From NCBI RefSeq assembly GCF_050320075.1, contig NZ_CP190018.1: DNA of 64,000 nt, one strand, 5' to 3'. This DNA comes from Escherichia coli (GTDB lineage: Bacteria > Pseudomonadota > Gammaproteobacteria > Enterobacterales > Enterobacteriaceae). Position 1 is the stretch's first letter. Each line of letters opens with the position of its first letter. The position numbers were made by a program, and so were the translations under genes. This document shows, piece by piece, positions 10,524 to 23,141 of this stretch. A model generated the notes under the pieces. That model had not been told where the DNA came from and made no database searches. It saw only the letters and a program-made list of their open reading frames with translations.

Positions 10524-11391
10524 ACATCCGGCAATAGATTTATTAGGCATCACCATTGTGGCGGGTAATCAGACGCTTGATAAAACATTAATTAATGGCC
10601 TGAATGTTTGCCAGAAACTGGAGATTAATGTTCCGGTTTATGCGGGGATGCCACAGCCCATTATGCGTCAACAAATCGTTGCCGATAATATTCACGGTGA
10701 AACCGGACTGGATGGCCCGGTATTCGAGCCGCTGACCCGCCAGGCAGAAAGCACTCATGCGGTGAAATATATCATCGATACCCTGATGGCAAGCGATGGC
10801 GATATCACTCTGGTGCCGGTTGGTCCGCTTTCAAATATCGCGGTGGCAATGCGCATGCAGCCCGCAATCCTGCCGAAAATCCGTGAAATTGTGCTGATGG
10901 GCGGCGCTTACGGTACTGGCAACTTTACGCCATCCGCCGAGTTCAACATCTTTGCTGACCCGGAAGCCGCACGCGTGGTGTTCACCTCCGGCGTTCCGTT
11001 GGTGATGATGGGCCTCGATCTCACCAACCAGACCGTTTGCACCCCGGACGTGATTGCCCGGATGGAAAGGGCAGGCGGCCCTGCCGGAGAGCTGTTCAGC
11101 GACATCATGAACTTCACTCTCAAAACCCAGTTCGAAAACTATGGCCTGGCTGGCGGCCCGGTGCACGACGCCACCTGCATCGGTTATCTGATCAACCCTG
11201 ATGGCATTAAAACCCAGGATATGTACGTCGAAGTGGATGTTAACAGTGGCCCTTGCTATGGGCGTACCGTCTGCGACGAGCTGGGCGTTCTTGGCAAGCC
11301 AGCCAATACCAAAGTCGGCATCACTATTGATACCGACTGGTTCTGGGGCTTAGTCGAAGAGTGCGTGCGCGGCTACATCAAAACCCATTAA
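10524..11391 (+). pseudogene. rihB: rihB (ribonucleoside hydrolase 2), 5'-truncated by IS1; first ~24 codons and promoter missing
   Basis: Reading frame ...[20 protein letters not shown]... starts inside the gene directly at the IS1 right end; the listed ORF starts with a TTG inside IS1. Confidence 0.85.
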
Positions 11392-11490
11392 GTGTTGATA
11401 ACAAGCCGGGCCGGTATCGCAAGATGCAGGCCCGGCTATTTCTGATGGGCAGAAAGCCGTCGCCCAAAATGACATGAAGAGATAATAACT

Positions 11491-12741
11491 ATGGATGTCA
11501 TGAGAAGTGTTCTGGGAATGGTTGTATTGCTGGCAATTACGTTTTTGCTGTCAGTAAACAAGAAGAAGATCAGCCTGCGTACCGTTGGCGCGGCGTTAGT
11601 GTTACAGGTCGTGATTGGCGGCATTATGCTTTGGTTACCACCAGGGCGTTGGGTCGCAGAAAAAGTCGCTTTTGGCGTGCATAAAGTGATGGCGTACAGC
11701 GATGCAGGTAGCGCATTTATCTTTGGTTCTCTGGTCGGACCGAAAATGGATACCTTATTTGATGGCGCAGGATTTATCTTTGGTTTCAGGGTATTACCGG
11801 CAATTATCTTCGTTACAGCACTGGTGAGTATTCTCTACTACATCGGTGTGATGGGGATCTTAATTCGCATTCTCGGCGGTATCTTCCAGAAAGCATTAAA
11901 TATCAGCAAGATCGAGTCATTCGTCGCGGTCACTACCATTTTCCTCGGGCAAAACGAAATTCCGGCAATCGTCAAACCCTTTATCGATCGGCTGAATCGC
12001 AATGAATTATTTACAGCGATTTGTAGTGGCATGGCCTCGATTGCTGGTTCGACAATGATTGGTTACGCTGCACTGGGCGTGCCTGTGGAATATCTGCTGG
12101 CGGCATCGTTAATGGCGATCCCCGGCGGGATCTTGTTTGCCCGCCTGTTAAGCCCGGCTACCGAATCTTCGCAGGTTTCCTTTAATAACCTCTCTTTCAC
12201 CGAAACTCCGCCAAAAAGCTTTATCGAAGCAGCGGCGAGCGGTGCGATGACCGGACTGAAAATCGCCGCAGGTGTGGCGACAGTGGTGATGGCATTTGTT
12301 GCAATAATTGCGTTGATTAACGGTATTATCGGCGGCGTTGGCGGCTGGTTTGGTTTTGAACATGCCTCGCTGGAGTCCATTTTAGGTTACCTGTTGGCTC
12401 CACTGGCGTGGGTGATGGGGGTTGACTGGAGTGATGCGAATCTTGCCGGGAGTTTGATTGGACAGAAACTGGCGATTAATGAATTTGTCGCTTACCTCAA
12501 TTTCTCACCTTATCTGCAAACAGCTGGCACTCTGGATGCTAAAACCGTGGCGATTATTTCCTTCGCGTTGTGCGGTTTCGCTAACTTTGGTTCTATCGGG
12601 GTGGTGGTGGGGGCGTTTTCTGCGGTTGCGCCACACCGTGCGCCGGAAATCGCCCAGCTTGGTTTACGCGCGCTGGCGGCGGCGACACTTTCTAACCTGA
12701 TGAGTGCCACCATTGCAGGATTCTTTATTGGCTTAGCGTAG
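11491..12741 (+). CDS. nupX: Nucleoside permease NupX (YeiJ), CNT family
   Basis: 416-aa multi-TM ORF. Confidence 0.9.
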   Translation: MDVMRSVLGMVVLLAITFLLSVNKKKISLRTVGAALVLQVVIGGIMLWLPPGRWVAEKVAFGVHKVMAYSDAGSAFIFGSLVGPKMDTLFDGAGFIFGFRVLPAIIFVTALVSILYYIGVMGILIRILGGIFQKALNISKIESFVAVTTIFLGQNEIPAIVKPFIDRLNRNELFTAICSGMASIAGSTMIGYAALGVPVEYLLAASLMAIPGGILFARLLSPATESSQVSFNNLSFTETPPKSFIEAAASGAMTGLKIAAGVATVVMAFVAIIALINGIIGGVGGWFGFEHASLESILGYLLAPLAWVMGVDWSDANLAGSLIGQKLAINEFVAYLNFSPYLQTAGTLDAKTVAIISFALCGFANFGSIGVVVGAFSAVAPHRAPEIAQLGLRALAAATLSNLMSATIAGFFIGLA

Positions 12742-12796
12742 TGCGCGATTTATGAGCCGGATAAGACGCGGTCAAGCGTCGAATCCGGCAAGATTG

Positions 12797-13885
12797 TTAC
12801 ACCATCGGCACTAATGAAAGCGCGTTATCGGCAGACAGGGTAGGGTTGTTTAAGCTGCCGCTGGCGCGTGAAATTGCCGCGCAGGCCATCGCAAAACGGG
12901 CGCTGTCACGGAAATTGTTTCCTTCCAGAAAGCTATATACCAGGCCCGCCATAAAACCATCGTCAGCACCAAAACTGTCTACTGTCGTATGCGCTGGTGC
13001 GGTCAGCAAAAATTGTTCTCCATCCTTTTCGCTGCAATAAACTGACTCATCGGGCAAATAAACAAACAGTTGCTGAACGTCTTGCTGATGCAACGCATTC
13101 ACTGCGGTATTACGGTCAGCATCGCTGGTGATCGCCTGTCCCCATAAAATTTCCAGCTCCGGTAAAGTGGGTTTCAGGGTGTGAATATGCGCCAGCCAGT
13201 GTTTGATTTTGCCCGCTTTGAATTCTGAAACGGTATCGACAAACACCGGGATTTCATCAGCGAGGGTAAAGACCCACTCCAGCGCCTCGGCTGTCAGGTT
13301 GCAATCAGCCAGTACCACGCCCGCATGACGAAGTAAATCGCGCGACCCGTTCAGTAGTTGCGGTGTCAACTGTTCCAGCAGATGGGTATCGTTAATCGCC
13401 AGCACGGTTTGATCGTCTCGATTGGCAATTGCCAGATACGTCGATGTGCTTTGACCATGTAAACGAACGCAGCCGGAGACATTCACGCCGGCGCGGCGCG
13501 TTTCTTCCAGGAGCATTTCGCCATAAAAGTCATCGCCAATCACTGAAAGCAAATGGACGTCGCGGCCTAACAGCGCCAGATTGTGGGCGATATTGCGTCC
13601 AACGCCGCCTGCCGAGCAATGAATTGTACCGGGATGAGAAGCCGCTTGCGGGTAACGGATATCCGCCATCCCGCGAATATCCATATTGATTGTCCCCACC
13701 ACTACGCAGTATTCCTGCTCGGTGAGAATGTAACCTTTGCCTTTAATCCGACCTTTGCGCATTAAATCCATAATATGCGCCGCAACGCGCGAACGGCTGA
13801 TTTGCAGCATATCAGCAATTTCGTTCTGCTGAATCAGCGGGTTACGCCGTAAAATTGCAAGGATCTCCTTCTCCCGGTTGTTCAT
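12797..13885 (-). CDS. yeiI: HTH-containing PfkB-family sugar kinase YeiI
   Basis: 362-aa ORF; N-terminal HTH (ILAILRRNPLIQQNEIADMLQISRSRV) plus ribokinase-like domain. Confidence 0.88.
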   Translation of the reverse strand: MNNREKEILAILRRNPLIQQNEIADMLQISRSRVAAHIMDLMRKGRIKGKGYILTEQEYCVVVGTINMDIRGMADIRYPQAASHPGTIHCSAGGVGRNIAHNLALLGRDVHLLSVIGDDFYGEMLLEETRRAGVNVSGCVRLHGQSTSTYLAIANRDDQTVLAINDTHLLEQLTPQLLNGSRDLLRHAGVVLADCNLTAEALEWVFTLADEIPVFVDTVSEFKAGKIKHWLAHIHTLKPTLPELEILWGQAITSDADRNTAVNALHQQDVQQLFVYLPDESVYCSEKDGEQFLLTAPAHTTVDSFGADDGFMAGLVYSFLEGNNFRDSARFAMACAAISRASGSLNNPTLSADNALSLVPMV

Positions 13886-13887
13886 CT

Positions 13888-14745
13888 TCAGGCTACCGCT
13901 TTTTCAGTTTGTTGCGCTTTCAGCCAGGCGATCTCTTCTGCCCAGATATCCGGGTTGATGGTTTCAAGGATCAGCGGAATGCCGTCGAAACGGTCGTCCT
14001 GCATGATCCAGCGGAACGCATCATGACCGATATTGCCTTCACCGAGGCTATGATGGCGGTCAACGCGGCTGCCAAAGGTGCTTTTCGCATCGTTAAGGTG
14101 CATCCCGCGCAGATACTTAAAGCCGACAATACGGGCAAAATCCGCGAACGTTTTCTCGCATTCGGCTGGAGTACGCAAATCATACCCGGCAGCAAAAGCA
14201 TGGCAGGTATCAATGCAGACGCCGACGCGGGATTTATCTTCCACGCCGTCGATAATCGCCGCGAGATGTTCGAATTTAAACCCTAAGTTACTGCCCTGAC
14301 CGGCGGTGTTTTCAATCACCGCTGTCACACCTTGAGTTTTATCCAGCGCAATGTTGATGGATTCGGCAATACGCGCAAGGCAATCCTCTTCTGAAATCTG
14401 CATCAGATGGCTGCCAGGGTGGAAGTTGAGCAAAGAAAGCCCCAGCTGTTCGCAACGCTGCATTTCATCTATAAACGCATCGCGCGATTTTTCCAGAGCT
14501 TCAGCGACCGGATGTCCGAGGTTAATCAGATAACTGTCGTGGGGAAGAATTTGCGCCGATGTGTAGTGATATTTTTCACAGGCGGCTTTGAATTCATCGA
14601 TGGTTTGCGTCGTGAGCGGTGCGGCACGCCACTGACGTTGGTTTTTGGTGAACAAGGCAAACGCGGTTGCGTCGATTTCGGCGGCGCGAATTGCGGCATT
14701 TGCCAGACCGCCAGCAGCACTAACGTGCGCTCCAATGTATTTCAT
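13888..14745 (-). CDS. nfo: Endonuclease IV
   Basis: 285-aa [17 protein letters not shown]... Confidence 0.95.
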   Translation of the reverse strand: MKYIGAHVSAAGGLANAAIRAAEIDATAFALFTKNQRQWRAAPLTTQTIDEFKAACEKYHYTSAQILPHDSYLINLGHPVAEALEKSRDAFIDEMQRCEQLGLSLLNFHPGSHLMQISEEDCLARIAESINIALDKTQGVTAVIENTAGQGSNLGFKFEHLAAIIDGVEDKSRVGVCIDTCHAFAAGYDLRTPAECEKTFADFARIVGFKYLRGMHLNDAKSTFGSRVDRHHSLGEGNIGHDAFRWIMQDDRFDGIPLILETINPDIWAEEIAWLKAQQTEKAVA

Positions 14746-14818
14746 GCGAGGACTCCTGTTAAACCCGCTGGAGGAAAACGGTAATGATAGCGGGTTAACA
14801 GGAGCAAGATGTAGTGGT

Positions 14819-15868
14819 TTATGCGATGACGCTTTGAATCACATAGTTAATCGCACCACCACCAACAATCAGCCAGGCAAACAGTACCAGTGCCATCAGC
14901 AGAGGTTTCGCCCCGGCTTTTTTCAGCGCGCTGACGTGAGTGGTCAGACCCAGCGCCGCCATCGCCATTGCCAGCAGGAAGGTATCCAGCGTTACCAGCA
15001 TGTTCACCACGCTCTGCGGTAACAGGTGGAACGAGTTAAAGATGGCAACTACGATGAACAAGATGGCAAACCACGGAATAGTGATTTTGCTTTTCTCGCC
15101 GCTGTTCGCCCCAGACAGCTGTTTAACACGCGCCGCCAGCAGGATGAGGAACGGAGCCAGCATCATCACGCGCAGCATTTTGGAAATAACTGCTGCGTTT
15201 TCTGCATCCGGGCTGATGGCATGACCTGCCGCCACCACCTGCGCCACTTCGTGCACAGTAGAACCAATGTAGATACCGAAAGTTTCCGGACTAAACCATT
15301 GAGACATCAGCGGATATATCGCCGGGTAGAGGAAAATCGCGACGGTCCCGAAGATAACAACGGTCGCAACAGCCACGGTTACTTTACTGGCTTCCGCTTT
15401 CACTACCGGCTCAGTCGCCAGTACCGCGGCAGCACCACAAATACTGCTACCGGCACCGATCAACCAGCTGGTGTGCTTATCCAGACCAAACACTTTCTGC
15501 CCCAGGAAGCAAGCCAGCAGGAAGGTACTGGACAGCGTCAGCACGTCAATGATGATCCCACTGATACCGACATCGGCAATTTGCGAGAACGTCAGACGGA
15601 AGCCATAAAGAATGATACCCAGACGTAATAAATATTGCTTGGCAAACAGCACACCACCGTCACAGCTTTTCCAGATGTGCGGATAGATGGTGTTGCCTAA
15701 AACCATCCCCAACAAAATTGCGAGGGTGAGGGCACTAAACCCGGCACCCGCAACCGCGGGAATGGAACCACCCCACAGGGCGACCCCGGTGATAACTGCA
15801 CTCAGGGCTAACCCCGGAATAAAATGCCACAGTGTACGATGTTGTTTCTGTAAGGTGATATTCGTCAT
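14819..15868 (-). CDS. yeiH: UPF0324 inner membrane protein YeiH
   Basis: 349-aa multi-TM ORF, divergent from yeiE. Confidence 0.88.
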   Translation of the reverse strand: MTNITLQKQHRTLWHFIPGLALSAVITGVALWGGSIPAVAGAGFSALTLAILLGMVLGNTIYPHIWKSCDGGVLFAKQYLLRLGIILYGFRLTFSQIADVGISGIIIDVLTLSSTFLLACFLGQKVFGLDKHTSWLIGAGSSICGAAAVLATEPVVKAEASKVTVAVATVVIFGTVAIFLYPAIYPLMSQWFSPETFGIYIGSTVHEVAQVVAAGHAISPDAENAAVISKMLRVMMLAPFLILLAARVKQLSGANSGEKSKITIPWFAILFIVVAIFNSFHLLPQSVVNMLVTLDTFLLAMAMAALGLTTHVSALKKAGAKPLLMALVLFAWLIVGGGAINYVIQSVIA

Positions 15869-15966
15869 AACCCTCTCCTTTAACCGGGCATAAGGTTACG
15901 ACTAACTGGTTTAAAAATAAAATTGATTATATATTTATAATTAATCTTTATAAGTGGTAAGCGACT

Positions 15967-16848
15967 ATGCACATCACCCTCCGGCAGTTGGAAGTTTTTG
16001 CAGAAGTATTGAAAAGTGGATCAACCACCCAGGCGTCGGTGATGCTGGCGTTGTCGCAATCAGCAGTGAGCGCAGCCTTGACCGACCTGGAAGGGCAGCT
16101 TGGCGTTCAACTGTTTGATCGCGTGGGGAAAAGACTGGTAGTTAATGAACACGGGCGACTGCTCTATCCGCGCGCGTTGGCACTGCTTGAACAGGCGATC
16201 GAAATCGAACAACTGTTTCGCGAAGACAACGGTGCGATTCGTATCTATGCCAGTAGTACCATCGGTAACTACATTCTGCCTGCAGTTATCGCCCGTTATC
16301 GCCATGATTATCCGCAGTTGCCGATTGAACTTAGCGTTGGGAACAGCCAGGACGTGATGCAAGCGGTGCTGGATTTCCGCGTTGATATTGGCTTTATTGA
16401 AGGACCGTGCCACAGCACTGAAATCATCTCAGAACCGTGGCTGGAAGACGAGCTGGTGGTTTTCGCCGCGCCGACTTCACCATTGGCTCGTGGACCTGTC
16501 ACCTTAGAACAGCTGGCCGCTGCGCCGTGGATCCTGCGTGAACGCGGCTCCGGCACGCGGGAGATTGTCGATTATCTGTTGCTGTCACATTTACCGAAGT
16601 TTGAGATGGCGATGGAATTAGGTAACTCCGAGGCAATCAAACATGCGGTGCGTCATGGGTTGGGAATTAGTTGCCTGTCGCGGCGGGTGATTGAAGATCA
16701 ATTGCAGGCAGGCACATTAAGTGAAGTTGCGGTCCCTCTGCCGCGCCTGATGCGTACGTTGTGGCGTATACATCATCGGCAAAAACACCTTTCCAACGCG
16801 CTACGGCGCTTTCTGGACTATTGCGATCCCGCGAATGTACCGCGTTAA
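15967..16848 (+). CDS. yeiE: LysR-family transcriptional regulator YeiE
   Basis: 293-aa ORF with N-terminal LysR HTH ([21 protein letters not shown]). Confidence 0.9.
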   Translation: MHITLRQLEVFAEVLKSGSTTQASVMLALSQSAVSAALTDLEGQLGVQLFDRVGKRLVVNEHGRLLYPRALALLEQAIEIEQLFREDNGAIRIYASSTIGNYILPAVIARYRHDYPQLPIELSVGNSQDVMQAVLDFRVDIGFIEGPCHSTEIISEPWLEDELVVFAAPTSPLARGPVTLEQLAAAPWILRERGSGTREIVDYLLLSHLPKFEMAMELGNSEAIKHAVRHGLGISCLSRRVIEDQLQAGTLSEVAVPLPRLMRTLWRIHHRQKHLSNALRRFLDYCDPANVPR

Positions 16849-17052
16849 GTTGCTGTACAAGAACATGCTGGTGCTGTGTCGATTTCGTGACGCAGCGCCC
16901 TCAGCATGCATTCGCCAGAAAAGAGATTGGCTGCTTTACTTATAATCCCTGGGCGATCATGAAGGTGTCTTATAACCGTGTATTTCTGCCGGAAGGATTG
17001 CCAATCGTCTGCTACAATCGCGCCTCATTTTTAAGATGGATAGCATTTTTGT

Positions 17053-18522
17053 ATGGGTTCCGAAACTAAAACTACAGAAGCGCCGGGCTTACGCCGTGAA
17101 TTAAAGGCGCGTCACCTGACGATGATTGCCATTGGCGGTTCCATCGGTACAGGTCTTTTTGTTGCCTCTGGCGCAACGATTTCTCAGGCAGGTCCGGGCG
17201 GGGCATTGCTCTCGTATATGTTGATTGGCCTGATGGTTTACTTCCTGATGACCAGTCTCGGTGAACTGGCTGCATATATGCCGGTTTCCGGTTCGTTTGC
17301 CACTTATGGTCAGAACTATGTTGAAGAAGGCTTTGGCTTCGCGCTGGGCTGGAACTACTGGTACAACTGGGCGGTGACTATCGCCGTTGACCTGGTTGCA
17401 GCTCAGCTGGTCATGAGCTGGTGGTTCCCGGATACACCGGGCTGGATCTGGAGTGCGCTGTTCCTCGGCGTTATCTTCCTGCTGAACTACATCTCAGTTC
17501 GCGGCTTTGGTGAAGCGGAATACTGGTTCTCACTGATCAAAGTCACGACAGTTATTGTCTTTATCATCGTTGGCGTGCTGATGATTATCGGTATCTTCAA
17601 AGGCGCGCAACCTGCGGGCTGGAGCAACTGGACAATCGGCGAAGCGCCGTTTGCTGGTGGTTTTGCGGCGATGATCGGCGTAGCTATGATTGTCGGCTTC
17701 TCTTTCCAGGGAACCGAGCTGATCGGTATTGCTGCAGGCGAGTCCGAAGATCCGGCGAAAAACATTCCACGCGCGGTACGTCAGGTGTTCTGGCGAATCC
17801 TGTTGTTCTATGTGTTCGCGATCCTGATTATCAGCCTGATTATTCCGTACACCGATCCGAGCCTGCTGCGTAACGATGTTAAAGACATCAGCGTCAGTCC
17901 GTTCACCCTGGTATTCCAGCACGCGGGTCTGCTCTCTGCGGCGGCGGTGATGAACGCAGTTATTCTGACGGCGGTGCTGTCAGCGGGTAACTCCGGTATG
18001 TATGCGTCTACTCGTATGCTGTACACCTTGGCGTGTGACGGTAAAGCGCCGCGCATTTTCGCTAAACTGTCGCGTGGTGGCGTGCCGCGTAATGCGCTGT
18101 ATGCGACGACGGTGATTGCCGGTCTGTGCTTCCTGACCTCCATGTTTGGCAACCAGACGGTATACCTGTGGCTGCTGAACACCTCCGGGATGACCGGTTT
18201 TATCGCCTGGCTGGGGATTGCCATTAGCCACTATCGCTTCCGTCGCGGTTACGTATTGCAGGGACACGACATTAACGATCTGCCGTACCGTTCAGGTTTC
18301 TTCCCATTGGGGCCGATCTTCGCATTCATTCTGTGTCTGATTATCACTTTGGGCCAGAACTACGAAGCGTTCCTTAAAGATACCATTGACTGGGGCGGCG
18401 TAGCGGCAACGTATATTGGTATCCCGCTGTTCCTGATTATTTGGTTCGGCTACAAGCTGATTAAAGGAACTCACTTCGTACGTTACAGCGAAATGAAGTT
18501 CCCGCAGAACGATAAGAAATAA
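17053..18522 (+). CDS. lysP: Lysine-specific permease LysP (APC family)
   Basis: 489-aa 12-TM ORF MGSETKTTEAPGLRRELKARHLTMIAIGGSIGTGLF... Confidence 0.93.
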   Translation: MGSETKTTEAPGLRRELKARHLTMIAIGGSIGTGLFVASGATISQAGPGGALLSYMLIGLMVYFLMTSLGELAAYMPVSGSFATYGQNYVEEGFGFALGWNYWYNWAVTIAVDLVAAQLVMSWWFPDTPGWIWSALFLGVIFLLNYISVRGFGEAEYWFSLIKVTTVIVFIIVGVLMIIGIFKGAQPAGWSNWTIGEAPFAGGFAAMIGVAMIVGFSFQGTELIGIAAGESEDPAKNIPRAVRQVFWRILLFYVFAILIISLIIPYTDPSLLRNDVKDISVSPFTLVFQHAGLLSAAAVMNAVILTAVLSAGNSGMYASTRMLYTLACDGKAPRIFAKLSRGGVPRNALYATTVIAGLCFLTSMFGNQTVYLWLLNTSGMTGFIAWLGIAISHYRFRRGYVLQGHDINDLPYRSGFFPLGPIFAFILCLIITLGQNYEAFLKDTIDWGGVAATYIGIPLFLIIWFGYKLIKGTHFVRYSEMKFPQNDKK

Positions 18523-18542
18523 GTTTCCTCCCTTCCTTGCTA

Positions 18543-18570
18543 AGCCCTCTCAACCGAGAGGGCTTTTTCA
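18543..18570 (+). terminator. Rho-independent terminator downstream of lysP
   Basis: agccctctc aacc gagagggct hairpin followed by TTTTT. Confidence 0.7.
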
Positions 18571-18616
18571 ATTCCATTTCCCTGACAAATCATGCGGATA
18601 TAAAATTTAACATTTG

Positions 18617-18648
18617 GATTGATAATTGTTATCGTTTGCATTATCGTT
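18617..18648. promoter_or_regulatory. Candidate Fur box(es) in the cirA promoter
   Basis: gattgataattgttatcgtttgcattatcg resembles the GATAATGATAATCATTATC iron box; cirA is a classical Fur target. Confidence 0.55.
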
Positions 18649-20193
18649 ACGCCGCAATCAAAAAAGGCTGACAAATCAGAGGCTGTTCCGGCTTTCTGGG
18701 ATGATCACCTGCATACAAATAAGTCCACCGCGATGCTGCCGTACGCAAGGGGACATGAAGAAGATGTGAGCGATAACCCATTTTATTTTCGTAGTTACCT
18801 CATGGAGATATGGAATGTTTAGGTTGAACCCTTTCGTACGGGTCGGGCTGTGTTTGTCCGCTATTTCTTGTGCATGGCCTGTGTTAGCGGTCGATGATGA
18901 TGGCGAAACGATGGTTGTCACTGCATCTTCCGTTGAGCAAAACCTTAAAGATGCACCCGCCAGTATCAGCGTCATTACCCAGGAAGACCTGCAGCGAAAA
19001 CCGGTACAGAATCTGAAGGATGTCCTCAAAGAAGTGCCTGGCGTACAACTGACGAACGAAGGGGATAACCGTAAGGGCGTTAGTATTCGTGGTCTGGGCA
19101 GCAGCTACACCCTGATTCTCGTCGACGGTAAACGCGTTAACTCCCGCAATGCCGTCTTCCGCCACAATGATTTCGATCTGAACTGGATCCCGGTCGATTC
19201 CATCGAACGTATTGAAGTGGTCCGTGGCCCGATGTCGTCGCTGTACGGTTCCGATGCGCTCGGCGGTGTAGTGAATATCATCACCAAAAAAATCGGTCAG
19301 AAATGGTCGGGTACCGTTACCGTCGATACCACCATTCAGGAACATCGCGATCGCGGTGATACCTATAACGGTCAGTTCTTTACCAGCGGACCATTAATTG
19401 ACGGCGTGCTGGGAATGAAAGCTTACGGCAGCCTGGCAAAACGTGAAAAGGATGACCCGCAAAACTCAACGACCACCGATACCGGAGAAACGCCGCGTAT
19501 TGAAGGATTCTCCAGCCGCGACGGCAATGTGGAATTTGCCTGGACACCGAATCAAAATCACGATTTTACTGCCGGATACGGTTTCGACCGTCAGGATCGT
19601 GATTCCGACTCGCTGGACAAAAACCGCCTGGAACGCCAGAACTACTCCGTCAGCCATAATGGGCGTTGGGATTACGGCACCAGCGAACTGAAATACTACG
19701 GTGAGAAAGTCGAGAACAAAAACCCTGGCAACAGCAGCCCGATAACTTCCGAAAGCAATACGGTCGACGGCAAATACACGTTGCCGCTGACGGCGATTAA
19801 TCAGTTTCTCACGGTTGGCGGTGAATGGCGTCACGACAAACTTAGCGATGCGGTGAACCTGACCGGGGGAACCAGTTCCAAAACGTCTGCCAGCCAGTAC
19901 GCGCTGTTTGTGGAAGATGAATGGCGGATCTTCGAGCCGCTGGCGCTGACGACCGGCGTACGTATGGACGATCATGAAACCTACGGTGAACACTGGAGTC
20001 CGCGTGCCTACCTGGTTTATAACGCCACCGACACCGTAACGGTGAAAGGGGGCTGGGCGACGGCATTTAAAGCACCTTCTCTGTTGCAACTTAGCCCTGA
20101 CTGGACGAGCAATTCCTGCCGTGGCGCATGTAAGATTGTGGGTAGCCCGGATCTGAAACCAGAAACCTGTACTGACCCCAAAAAGTTGGACAG

Positions 20194-21084
20194 TTAAACA
20201 CGAGGCATATAGGTCTGATTCCGATATTCAATTGGAGTCAGACCTTTTAATTTCAGGCTAATTCTTCTGCTGTTGTAGTATTCAATATATTCCGTAACAG
20301 CATCCTTCAGTTCGCTTATATTACTGAACTCATCAAGATAAAAACACTCCGACTTTAAGGTTCCAAAGAAACACTCCACCACAGCATTATCCAGACAATT
20401 GCCTTTTCTGGACATGCTTTGTTTAATACCATGTTCTTTAAGGATATTTTGATATCTTCTCATACGATACTGCCATCCCTGGTCAGAGTGCAGAACAGGA
20501 TGCTCGTGAGGATTAAGCTTTTTGAATGCCTGATCGAGCATATTCTCAACCATGTTCATCACTGGTCTTTCCGAAAGGCTGTAAGAAATAACTTCGTTGT
20601 TGAAGAGATCTATTACTGGAGACAAATACAGCTTGCGCCCATTGACTACAAATTCAGTAACATCGGTAACCCACTTCTCGTTTGGCCGCGTAGCCTTGAA
20701 ATCTCTTTGGAGAACATTAGGGGCGGTTTGCCCTACCTCTCCTCTGTAAGAGCGGTATCGCTTGACCTTAATCGCTGCTTTAAGTGAGAGGGTTCCCATC
20801 AGGCGCTGAACAGCTTTATGGTTAATCTGTTTCCCTTCTCGATGAAGAGACAGCGTTACCCTACGGTATCCGTATCGGCCTCTATTCTCGTGATAAATCT
20901 CACCAATACGCTTTTTAACGTCCGCATACTTGTCAGGCTTGCTGAGAGCCTTTAGATGGTAATAAAACGTACTGCGCGGTATCTCCGCAGCCCTGAGAAG
21001 CTCATCAAGAGGATAAAACTGCCTTAGCTCGTTGAGTACTTTTACTTTTTCGTGGGATGAGCTAAGGCTTTCAGCTTTTTTAGA
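20194..21084 (-). CDS. insK: IS150 OrfB (InsK) transposase catalytic part, expressed as OrfAB by -1 frameshift
   Basis: Frame open from the A AAA AAG slippery site near 21079-21085 to the stop at 20194; no own start codon in that frame upstream of 20799. Confidence 0.85.
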   Translation of the reverse strand, partial: SKKAESLSSSHEKVKVLNELRQFYPLDELLRAAEIPRSTFYYHLKALSKPDKYADVKKRIGEIYHENRGRYGYRRVTLSLHREGKQINHKAVQRLMGTLSLKAAIKVKRYRSYRGEVGQTAPNVLQRDFKATRPNEKWVTDVTEFVVNGRKLYLSPVIDLFNNEVISYSLSERPVMNMVENMLDQAFKKLNPHEHPVLHSDQGWQYRMRRYQNILKEHGIKQSMSRKGNCLDNAVVECFFGTLKSECFYLDEFSNISELKDAVTEYIEYYNSRRISLKLKGLTPIEYRNQTYMPRV

Positions 21085-21563
21085 TACATAAGCCGCGTTT
21101 CAAGAAATCGAACTTGCCTTTCAAGATCCTCAATGCGTCGGTCTTTTGACAGCTCCAATGCTGATGCCGCTTTTTCTGGATCAACTGATATTGCAATGTT
21201 TCTTTTGGTGCCAATCTTGAGCGCGCGTAAACCAGCTTCTCCGCGCTCTTCATAGACCTTCAGCCACCTGGCTACAGAACCACTACCAGCAAGCATAAAG
21301 TGAGCAGCAGCCTGATTAAGGGACATGTGCTGCTCGATCACAGCTTTCACGACCTTAATACGCAACTCTGGATCAGCACTAACGCCTTTAGGTTTGGGAA
21401 TTAAACCTTTTTCTCCATGTTTTTCATAGAGGGCAACCCATGTCCTGACCTGGGTTCGGGGGACACCAAAACGTGCCGAGATGATCCTGTAACCATCATC
21501 AGTTGTGAAGTAGTGATTCACGACTTCAAGGCGCTTTTCAAAAGGGTATTTTGGCTTTGACAT
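21042..21563 (-). CDS. insJ: IS150 OrfA (InsJ)
   Basis: 173-aa MSKPKYPFEKRLEVVNHYF... ending ...[13 protein letters not shown]. Confidence 0.92.
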   Translation of the reverse strand: MSKPKYPFEKRLEVVNHYFTTDDGYRIISARFGVPRTQVRTWVALYEKHGEKGLIPKPKGVSADPELRIKVVKAVIEQHMSLNQAAAHFMLAGSGSVARWLKVYEERGEAGLRALKIGTKRNIAISVDPEKAASALELSKDRRIEDLERQVRFLETRLMYLKKLKALAHPTKK

Positions 21564-22271
21564 ATTAGGGGCTATTCCATTTCATCGTCCAACAAAATGG
21601 GTGCAGTACAACCAGCGAAAGTTGGGAACTGGGGCTTTACTACATGGGCGAAGACGGCTGGCTGGAAGGGGTAGAGTCCAGCGTTACCGTTTTCCGTAAC
21701 GATGTGAAAGATCGCATCAGCATCAGCCGTACGTCTGACGTCAATGCTGCACCGGGCTACCAAAACTTTGTTGGTTTTACAGCGAACGGTGTGCCGGTAT
21801 TTAGCTACTACAACGTTAACAAAGCTCGTATTCAGGGCGTGGAAACCGAACTGAAAATTCCGTTCAACGATGAATGGAAACTGTCGATCAACTACACCTA
21901 CAACGATGGTCGTGATGTCAGCAACGGCGAAAACAAACCGCTATCCGATCTGCCGTTCCATACTGCTAACGGTACGCTGGACTGGAAACCGCTGGCGCTG
22001 GAAGACTGGTCATTCTATGTTTCTGGTCACTATACCGGGCAGAAACGAGCCGACAGCGCGACGGCTAAAACACCGGGCGGTTATACCATCTGGAATACCG
22101 GCGCGGCCTGGCAGGTGACTAAAGACGTCAAACTGCGCGCAGGCGTGCTGAACCTTGGCGACAAGGATCTCAGTCGTGACGACTACAGCTATAACGAAGA
22201 CGGACGTCGTTACTTTATGGCAGTGGATTATCGCTTCTGATGAGAAGATGCCCGGCGAACCGGGCGGACTT

Positions 22272-23141
<870 letters not shown>

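Larger units (their letters stand above)
20168..21610 (-). mobile_element. IS150 (IS3 family, 1443 bp) with 3-bp target duplication ACC
   Basis: Ends tgtactgacccc... and ...gggtgcagtaca; ACC at 20165-20167 and 21611-21613; orfA and orfB on the minus strand. Confidence 0.93.
18815..22240 (+). pseudogene. cirA: cirA (colicin I / catecholate siderophore TonB-dependent receptor) interrupted by IS150
   Basis: N-terminal frame 18815-20167 (signal peptide, plug) and C-terminal frame 21614-22240 (...AVDYRF) are the same frame and join into one receptor once IS150 and one ACC copy are removed. Confidence 0.9.

Noticed and set aside
17053-17058. LysP second residue Gly (MGSETKT) versus the Val I recall for K-12
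   Set aside because: A single substitution near the N-terminus; treated as ordinary strain polymorphism.
9756-21610. Possibility that the IS1 and IS150 elements bound a composite transposon or horizontally acquired island
   Set aside because: The genes between them (rihB to lysP and cirA) are ordinary core genes in K-12 order; the two elements are unrelated families and IS150 has its own target duplication.
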